Assembly (NCBI GenBank): GCA_951406725.2 | Contig: OX597814.1 | Location: 62,434,001-62,498,000 of the forward strand | DNA length: 64,000 nucleotides | Reading direction: 5' to 3' | Source: Octopus vulgaris | Taxonomy: Eukaryota | Shown here: piece after piece, positions 53,466-64,000 of the stretch | Layout: every line of letters starts with the position of its first letter | Numbering within the stretch: position 1 is the stretch's first letter | Notes under the pieces: model-generated | Databases searched by the model: none | Seen by the model: only the letters and a program-made list of their open reading frames with translations | Told to the model about the DNA's origin: nothing | Made by a program: the position numbers and the translations under genes

Positions 53466-54729
53466 CGATATTACCTGTAAGACTGGAAGGGAGATGTTGA
53501 CATCCGCAAAAACGTTTCTCTATAATTTTGTCCAATATAGTGCTCTTGTGAGGAAACTTCAGTTACAAAACAATACGGGAAACAGCAGTTATAAGCTTTC
53601 AGCTAGAGTGACGCACTGCTCAGTGTCAAGGGTGGTTTCTGACGGTGGGAGAGGTTATTTAACTCCTTGGACACTACCGCGTGTATCAAACTAAACAATC
53701 CTTGGTTAGTAAGGTACTGTCCTGTCGTTGAGTGCACGTGGTTTATGATACTTTCAGTACATTCAGACAAGTAATCAGTCACAAGCGATTCAGCCAGCAA
53801 GGAAAATAATAACACAAACAATATAAACAAAGACGACCTCTCCAGACCACATTAACGGCATGAGTAAAATAGTCAATATAAACAGCGAGCTCTCTCACAA
53901 GCAGACGTTGTAGCGCTACACGATACCCATTTGTCAAATTTTAGAAGCCTAAAAGATGCATTAGCACCAAAGATAAGGAAGTTTGTTCTACAGAACCAGA
54001 GAAACTGATCGAACTTGATCAGTTTCCTTGCCGTATTCTTTTCTTAGCTTAGCGATAGTTTTACGCAAAACTGAGAGATTTATTTAGAAGTATAGGAAAG
54101 ATGGAAGTTAATAGTTGTTGGTGTCAAATAGAACTTCTATTTTGTAGCCTTTTACCTCATTGGAGTATTTCATATTTCAAGTTACTCAGAAAATATAGAA
54201 TAAAGAACTGAGAAAATCTTGTACTCTCAGCATATTTCTGCCTGACTGAGCAACATACGCTTCAAAAGACCACAGATTTTAGGGCTTTCATAGGAAACCT
54301 CCTTGAGGTTGAACGGCAAAATAGGATCTTCAGCATTTACGTATTTACGAGGGTAGGCTTTCTCTATATTTTCATTTTCCTGCGCCAACGATGACATCGA
54401 TTGCTTGGATATGTCCACTGCACGAATGACAGTTTCAAAAGATCTGTTCTATGGTAGTGAACTAGTATCTGAATCGAGAGACAAAGTCATGTGTACTCGA
54501 GATATGTTATTCTATAATAAAGAATCTATCTATATATAAGTTGTGTACATTTTTACACATCAAGTGTTGGCTAAAACCTATATATATATCTATATCACAA
54601 TATACTACTGAAACGAAATACTATTTACCCACTAGTAATTAGCCATCCACATTAGAAGCTAATATATCTGATTAAAATTATTTATGATGTGCATGAATGT
54701 TTTACATTTGGAATCAATGTCTTTCATAC

Positions 54730-55875
54730 CGGGTCATAACCAGTTCCCTTAGATATCGAGGACATTTCTTGCAATCCTTGGTGTTCACAATAGAGCAGAT
54801 ATCTGAATTAATGCATCTCTTGTAGTTACACCAATCTCAGTAAGAGAGCTGTTAAATCCCTTGGTGAAGATACCTAGAGCACCTATAACAATTGGAATTA
54901 CTGTTGTAGAAACCCTCCATAGTCGTCGTATTTCCCTAGTCAGATCCGAGTATTTTCCTATTTTCTCCTGTCCTTTGACCGCTACATTCATGTCCGCAGA
55001 TATAGTCACGTCTATGATTATGCACTCTTTTTACCCTTTGTCCAGAATCATAAAATCTTGTCCGGCATGAATTTCGCCATCAGTCTGTACATTAAAATCC
55101 CGTAAAACCTTATACTGACCGTTCTCTATTACACTTTTTGGTTGAAGTTCGTACTATTTTCTTCCTACCTAAGATCCTTTTTGCCGTAATATGTCCCAGT
55201 GTAGAGCTTTGCCACAGTCGTGTTTGCGTCTATATTCCTTCTGTGCCAAAGGAACTTATTATATATAACGGATTCCTCTTTCTCATTACATACTCGGCAG
55301 TTAGCACTTTTAGTGGATTTGTCTATTTTGGTATTGATGATATTCATCCGCATTGACTGGCTTTGAGCAACCATTATAAAGCCTCCTGTTTCTTTCTTAA
55401 ACTCTCCATTCTTCAGCCTTAAGTAAGACTCCTCTGCTGCAACATTTTGCGTTTGTCTGAGATGCTGATCGTGTAGTTCTTTCCCCCAGATGTTTGTTTC
55501 TCGCTGTTTTCTTCTTTCCTTGTATTTCGTTGCCATCTCTACAGCTTCTTTCTCCTCTCCTCTGGTAGCTGAAATCAGTCTTCCTAAGTTGCTTCCACAT
55601 ACTCTTCTATATCATGTCTTGCCCTTTCCATACAATTTTCTATTGATATCATTCTTCTCCCCCTCCTTCAGAGGTAGATATAATCTATCGCCATTGTTTC
55701 TAGGATGTAGCGCCTTGTACATGGCCATTGTCTTCCTGGTTTTACAATCTGTCTCTTAGTTCTTCCTTAGTCCAGTTCAAGGAAGCAGCAGAATATCGTT
55801 TGTATTTTCTGCAGAGATGATTTTCCCTCCATTCAGTTTTGAGTTTATCACCCTTTTTACTTTCGTGAGATATCC
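54730..55875 (-). mobile_element. R4/Dong-clade LINE 3' part (zinc knuckle + restriction-like endonuclease)
   Basis: RLYLP, WGKELHDQHL, CRVCNEKEESV, DFNVQTD, IIIDVTISAD..EKIGKY.DL..EIRRLW..VIPIVIGALG. Confidence 0.82.
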
Positions 55876-55877
55876 AT

Positions 55878-56071
55878 TTCTTCTTCTTCTTCTTCTTCTT
55901 CTTCTTCTTCTTCTTCTTCTTCTTCTTCTTCTTCTTCTTCTCCTCTCCTCTCCTCCTCCTCCTCCTCCTCCTCCTCCTCCTCCTCCTCCTCCTCCTCCTC
56001 CTCCTCCTTCTTCTTCTTCTTCTTCTTCTTCTCCTTCTCCTCCTCCTCCTCCTTCTTCTTCTTCTTCTTCT
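55878..56071. repeat. (CTT)n/(CCT)n microsatellite
   Basis: Read directly; it explains the poly-E/K/L/P ORFs. Confidence 0.95.
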
Positions 56072-56074
56072 TAA

Positions 56075-56903
<829 letters not shown>

Positions 56904-59900
56904 TTATCCTTAATAAATATGGGTTATATATAAAATATATCCTTTAAAAATAGAAACCATATATTGCAAAAAATACTGTAAATATTTTAAAATTATTTCA
57001 CAGAAATAGAAAGCGGAAACTGAGAAGAGCAACCGAGTTTTTTAATGTATAGACGGAGATAAAAAACTTATTAGAGGAGAAAATATGAGAAAATATGATC
57101 GTGTTCCCTTCAGGCAAAAGCAAAGGCTTTGATCATATGGGAATAAAAACTGGAGTGTGGTTTCGGTTTTTTAGGAAACAACAGCTACAACATGATATTG
57201 TAAACTGGTAGTTAAGACATTGGAGATTGTTAAGAGGATGAAGTGTTGGAATTAATTACATTTAATTTGAACCTTTAAAGTTCAGTGTGTGTGCGTGCGC
57301 GCGCGTGTGTGCGAAGATATATAAGCAGTAAAAGTGTTCCATCCTGCTCTCATATCTGAATCGATCGTCTCTGTTAATCAGTAATTAATTCCATTGACTT
57401 CAGGGGAAATATTTTGTGGCGATCGTGCTCTTCACACGGCACCAGTAAAGTAAAAACTGGCACTTCGAGCTATAAAACTATCTTTTCAATAAATGAACGC
57501 ACGAGTCTATACACTGTCATTTGAATCGCTTAAAACTGTGGCGAAATCTACTTCGGATCATACTTGTCGATTTTAAATGGAATGATACATTGGAAAGTGT
57601 AGTGTAAGAGGAACTACGCTGGAAAATATGACAGAACGGCTTTGACTGGAACACCGCAGATTATATGGCTAGATCAGGGTCGATCAGAAACTGAACAATA
57701 ATAGCAGAATTTACGGGCAGTATGTGATCTCTGACCTGTTAGAAAGAGCAACCAAATCTTCACTTGGATCATTTGTAATATTTACTTGACAAGAGTTGAT
57801 AAGTACCAGCATTATATTAGTCGAGTCACTAGAGTATAGCACAAAAGTACAAACACTGGGTTTAAATTCAATAAAAATAATTTCCTTTGCAAGAAATAAA
57901 GAAAATATTTCTTGAAAGAAATCCGATACATTATTGGTATTTATTTAACCGAAAAACTTAACGATTGTGCCATAAAATAAACATTATTCACTGAATTTCA
58001 ATTGTCTTAGACATAACAACACACAAACATACTTATGTATAAATGTTGTGCGCGCGCGTGCCCGTGAGTGTCTGTCTTAGAAATTGATTGGCGTGCTGTG
58101 TTTTGTATGTCAGCAAAGTAATCTATGTCCTTGTGACCTTCCAGCTTTCAGTCTCTTACTGTAGTTGCCTAACAGCAATGAGAAAGGGACAGCTGAGTGC
58201 ATAAATCTTTTTCTACTATATATACCCTCTCCAGTCACTTGCCCTAGATAATATCTATTTGTACTGACACGGTAAGTGCCTGCAATTCCCAGCTAAATTT
58301 AGTAGGGATCAGAGGTGATCTGCCTCTCGAGATATAGTATGTAAGCCTACCGGCGTGCGAAAATCCTCAGCTATGGATTAAATAGTGTCATTGCCTTGTA
58401 GCTGCATTTAGTTTGAATAATGTTAGTGGAGTAAACCTTGGAAGAAAATCTGGAATGTAGACATATAGTCCGTGTAATGCTGTTGCCAACACTATCCTTG
58501 CAGCTAGTGTAATTAATCTTTTCCCAAACATATTGGTTCTGCCTTTTCTTTCCATATTACCACTAAGAAAGTAAAGGGGATGCTGATGCTGTGCCAACTA
58601 AAGGTCTCTATATCTTTACCCGTATAGTGCCTTTGGGTGGAAACTCCAGTTAAAAAATACAACACAGGAATGATAGTAACAAATTATAAACCTTCAGCGT
58701 ATTGCTAGGTACCAGGGCTTTTACTTGAGGGTGGGAGATTTTATCTAACAGCAACAGCAGTTCACGTAGGTTGCTCTTCCTGGATGCAGCTCCGGAAACA
58801 TCAAATACAGTTGTTTCGTCTTAGGTTCTAAGAGCCGGCCTGTAGATCGAGGGGCTCCCAATTCCAGCCATAATTCGCGGCAAGAGATGGAAATCAGCAG
58901 GTGTGGCAGATTGATGGAGGCAGCAAAAAGAGTAATAAAATAAAATAAAATAAAAGAATCCGAAGATAACGTAAAAAATGCACGAGAAGTTCATCTCCCC
59001 ACTACGACAAACTGAAATTCTTAATTTTTAGCAAAACAAACTGCTAGAACTACTAAATGACCTCTTGAGTGTAGCAATGTGTTGAGAATGAGATGGAGTC
59101 CGCCTTTATAGAACGTCCAAATTATAAACTTCTTGTGAGAACCACAAATCATTATGAACTGTTACTGTGCAATTTAATAGAGGATATTGATGGGTGGGAG
59201 GTTTAAACTGTGTCCGGCATCAAGGAAGTTCACGAGAAATTCCGGTTCTAAACATGTTGATGAGTGACTGAAGAACTGTGTCAATCACATTGATGGCTGA
59301 GCAGATATTAAATTCATATTACCAAATAATAATTTAATATCGTTATATTTGGTCCACCAGTAGAATGCTTTCAAAACATTGCTAAAAATTATGTAGGGTA
59401 TTGCTGTTTGCGTATGCCCTAATTTTGGAAGCATATTGATTTGTAATATGAATCTGAATAGATAATAGCTGGATACGAGAACGTATTTCATTGAAACTCA
59501 GAGACGTAAATGATACAATCATCGCTGGCATGATTTGTTGATGACTTCTTAAAATTTGAATGCAATATGTTGTTCTCTTAAATAAAACACGCACGATGTA
59601 AAGGTCGTTCTGATCGAGTTTCCGTTGTCATGACAACATCTGATGTTTAACTTTAAATTATCTATGACACATCGTCTAATATTTGCCTAAGCGAAGACTT
59701 CTTTATTAAATCAAAAAAAGTTGACAAGATTTTTAATATCCGATTACTCATGGGGATTGATAAGAATCTTCTCTTTCATCTTTCAGGAGCCGATTTAATC
59801 GACTCCTGAAGGATGTATTTCCTTCATAATCTACTTTATCTTCCTTACATAGAACACGGTTTTATGTAAGAAACTGAATGATAGAATAAGTAAATTAGTG

Positions 59901-60348
59901 GACAAAATGCTCTGTGGGATAAATCAGAAGACGAATCGGTTTGTGGTATAAATCTACATCATTTATATTCTAATTTCAAATTCGGTTTGGGCCAAATTTA
60001 GCGTTGAGTAGTGGTATCTTCCAAATGTGGGCCTATGGCTAACTTTGAACTCGTTATTACTTTTGATAAATCTGTACATGCCTTGATAGAATAGAAGATT
60101 CCGTCTGCATATGTAATTATTAATTACAGATCTTATACTGGATAAAACCGGAGAGGATACAGCAGTTTTACGTCAAAGTTTTTCAGCGAATCACATTCTT
60201 CCTTACGATTCTCTCCGATACACACATACACATACGCACGCATACACACATACACATACGCACGCATACACACCTACTTGTGAACACACACAGGTGCACT
60301 CCCTCTCTGACATACATACATACATACATACATACATACATACATACA

Positions 60349-60543
60349 TGCTTAGCGGTATTTCGTCTGCCGTTACGTTCTGAGTTCAAATTCCGCCGAG
60401 GTCAACTTTGCTTTTCATCCTTTCGGGGTCGATAAATTAAGGACCAGTTACGCACTGGGGTCGATATAATCGATTTAATCCGTTTGTCTGTCCTTGTTTG
60501 TCCTCTCTGTGTTTAGCCCCTTGTGGGTAGTAAAGAAATAGGT
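60349..60543 (+). mobile_element. SINE family A, alternative-tail subfamily
   Basis: Reverse complement of the 184-bp unit at 13392-13575. Confidence 0.88.
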
Positions 60544-60859
60544 GGAAGACTTATAACGAATGTTGCAACCGAAAGGAAAGTTAAACAGATGCCAAAAAAA
60601 AAAAAAAAATTTAAACGTTTGTCTTTACCATTTACATGTTTCAGTCATTAGACCGCGGCCAAAATCTTAAGTCGTTTTCATTGTTGCTACTTTTTTCGCT
60701 CCATATCAGTCTTGAATACACATAGTGAGATATACACAAACATGCAAACGAACGAAGGATATTATTTTACGCTTGACATAACCAAGCCCACAGCTAGCAA
60801 ACTGTTACTCACTATAATTTTGTTATTGATAATACAGTGTTTGAAAGAAGTTTAGGAAA

Positions 60860-61085
<226 letters not shown>

Positions 61086-62764
61086 AATCACACGCATCTG
61101 TTAACACACATTTAGAAATAGAGATGTACACTCACGAAGAAATTTCAATTAAAAAAATAACTGAGTAACATTTCCTCTTTTCTGTATCCACAGTCGGATG
61201 CAGAGCCCGATTTTGTTCAAATTTTCTACACTGGTGTAATTTTGTTGTTCAATTACAATAATCTTCATTTGACATATATTTAGAAATGTACAACTCGTCA
61301 AAGTTTGAAATTTTATCCAAGGGGAAGTATGTATTACAGACACACCGGATGTCACAATTTTCCTGTTTTAAACGGCAAGAAAAGGAAAAGAGTACGAAAA
61401 CTTGAAAGTTGTTTTTTTTCTCTTCTGATAAATAAAAGAATTTAATGACTACATGTGCACGAATGAATTTTATGCAGAATTAACTTCATTAAAGAAAACG
61501 TTACCAGACACATTTAAAAATGAAACAAATTTAATGAAGTAAAAATAAAAACTTTACTGAACCTTTAAAAAATATGCAATGAAAAGTACCGACATAAAAG
61601 AAAAGAAAATAAGTCAACGACATTGAAATTGTCCTATCCTTTCTGTTTTTGGATGTTGTAAAATCCGTACTTTTGCCACCATTTGATCTTGCAGAGATAC
61701 GAGTCGATCCAAGAACCATGAGTACCATAGCGACGTATATTTACCAGTTTAGGGCATCTGAATAGATAACAAATATTGGAACTTATTTCTTTGAATTCCA
61801 GGGAGCTGTAAATGACATCTGGTATGATTTGACGATAATGACGTCTTCATATCTTGCACTACAATGTAATATCGTTTTATTTTCAGAATAATGTAACGCG
61901 CATTCTGATCTCGTGTTAGTCGCCATGACAGCAGTTGATGCTTAATTGTAAAATATCAATATGTAATATTTGCATTAGAGAAAACTTCTGATTCTTCATG
62001 GAGTAGATAAAATTTTCTGCAGGTTCTCCTAATATCTCTCGTATACATCTTGGTAAGAATTCATCCTTGAACTTATACGACTCTTAATACTTCTTGTCAT
62101 CTATTTCACTTTATCGATATCGTATAAAATTTTACATTTCTATTCTGTGGTCAACATTCAATGCAACCAGAAGCATTTAATATAACCATGGTATACGTCC
62201 TGTATAGATATGTTTACCAAAAACCTGTTATAAATAATTACTATTCACCAAAAACATCAAGAAATCACAACTATGATAATTACACCTTTATTATGTATGA
62301 ACACCATACAGCTAAACTCTTCAGAAACTTCATAGTAGATCTTGTAATCTCTGATTTGTTTTTAAGCCAATCACACATCGGTAACACGGAGGAACACAGA
62401 ATTTGGAACATGGAACATTAGACCTGTTTTTAAGTAAAGTTTGGTTGCTGGTTCTATATATTCCAGTTTTTCTCTGTCAGCTCTGGTTATTGAGATATGT
62501 TATACTCCTAATTGCTATGTATACAACCGGGCACAAGGCTGGATCAGGTACAATGACTGATGAGAAAAAAATCATAATTGTTGCCCTTTGGGTAAAATAT
62601 GGCTTCATACAAGAAGAATACGCTTATTTATGATTAAATTATACAGATGGAATCAGATAATGGTGAAACGAGCGTAGAAAGTTATCTATGATACAATATT
62701 CATTTATTCAGACGTCTCACGAAAGCGGCATTTCAGAGACTTTTTTTATGTTGAGCTTCACCAA

Positions 62765-63600
62765 GTCAATCACGTCGAATGGTCAGACAGTAATCCGACA
62801 TCATATGGGTATCCTAGTGCTCATCAATGTCTTTCTTCCCTTTTCGCCCTGTTAATTAGGTCTCCACGTTCGCCTTGGAAATGATCCAAACGGCTTGGAA
62901 GGTAATGCACTTTGAAGTCCATATTACAGCTAAGTTGATGGAAAGAAGAGAGAATGTTCTTCACTAGTTCAGAGTAGTTATCTGTTGTATGACTCCTAAG
63001 AAAAATTCTTATAACCAGGGTAAACGAAGATCATGTATCTGCCTCAGCTTTGTACATTGTCTCTTAGAAAAGTGGGTCTTTCATGAATTTCTCGATTTGT
63101 GGCCCGTCGAAAATATCTGCCTTTTATCGTTTCCATACTCAAGCGCTGTAAATTTTCTGCATTCATTATCAAAGCGTTCCACAATATTTTTCTTTAAACC
63201 TAGTTTGATGTTCAGTGGTGGTAAAATGATTTTATCTCTGTCTAGCAAGGTTCTGAGATCACATTCTTTTATCCAACAACCATGAATTCTCTCAGGGGAC
63301 GTTGCTTTCGCGTACTTACATCTACTATTACAAAGACAAAAAAAGCAGCAGTAATTGTTGTGTCTATTCTGCTGACCCAGGAAAAAAAATTCACCATCTT
63401 AAGACCCACGCAGATTAGCCATTGGTCATCGTAGTATGATATCTTCTTTAAAACTAGGGCAATTGTTTACTGCTATTCAATCGTCATAGTTGAAGTGACC
63501 ATTTGGGATTGATCCACATTTATTGCTATTGAAAAGAAACGCGAATTTTAAGCTTCATTTAGAAATATATATGAAATCCGCCATTCACTTAGTTCATATT
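62765..63600 (-). mobile_element. Degraded CMC-superfamily (Chapaev3-like) transposase
   Basis: Minus-strand fragments QWLICVGLKMV, YCCFFCLCNSR, KIILPPLNIKLGL, IFDGPQIEKFMKDPLF, NYSELV and MMSDYCLTIRRD. Family assignment is from recalled motifs. Confidence 0.65.
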
Positions 63601-63608
63601 TTGATATA

Positions 63609-63836
63609 CAGTAATCCCTCGCCATACCGCAGTTCACCTATCGCAGTTTATTATTTAAGCTTACGTCGATTCCTCTGCGGTATCGTTTTGCATTTATAAT
63701 AAAATAAATATATACAAATTATAAAAATAATAAAACAAAAATTTACATTACAGTGCTGTTTCTACTTCGCGGATATGTTCACCTATCGCGGGAGGGGGTT
63801 TGGAATGTAACACCCGCGATAGTCAAGGGGTTACTG
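63609..63836. mobile_element. Tigger/pogo-type MITE
   Basis: TIRs cagtaatccctcgccataccgc / cgcgatagtcaaggggttactg, TA flanks, and an internal repeat gttcacctatcgc. Confidence 0.85.
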
Positions 63837-64000
63837 TACCCACTTTCGTTAGCAAGGCATGAATATCGTTGCAAAAAAAAAAAAAAGAATTTTCCTCCGT
63901 GAAGGGTAGTAAATCCATTTTTCTTTGCGATACGTACATTTAATGATAGTGCATTGTCTCAAAAACTAGAGCCGCTAGAAAATGAAGGTCTCATTTCTTA

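Noticed and set aside
53603-53830. 75-aa ORF with a hydrophobic, signal-peptide-like start
   Set aside because: Non-ATG start, no recognisable domain and no splice or expression evidence.
54227-54470. Possible host exon on the minus strand
   Set aside because: There is an in-frame stop just after the putative acceptor and no recognisable homology; a translated search is needed.

Overview
AT-rich, microsatellite-dense eukaryotic DNA with no host gene that I can support. The SINE, microsatellite and transposon content fits a coleoid cephalopod, probably Octopus (inference). Nearly all ORFs in the track are translated (TA)n/(CA)n/(GA)n repeats. The real content is transposable elements. These include a near-intact Penelope-like retroelement (PLE; RT + GIY-YIG, one premature stop, direct pseudo-LTRs and an inverted terminal copy) at 8096-11634, two Tc1 elements, mariner, Tigger and Chapaev3 remnants, and MITEs. 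There is also a non-autonomous Helitron, RTE, R4 and Tx1-type LINE remnants, and many tRNA-derived SINEs. The most interesting signal is a set of ORF-less, head-to-head fold-back inserts in (TA)n tracts. Several carry non-canonical type I hammerhead ribozyme motifs (CCGANGA core, near-palindromic stem III), and one contains a complete circularly permuted ~441-nt monomer. Together they suggest a PLE-driven, (TA)n-targeting, retrozyme-like system. Coordinates of degenerate repeats are approximate.
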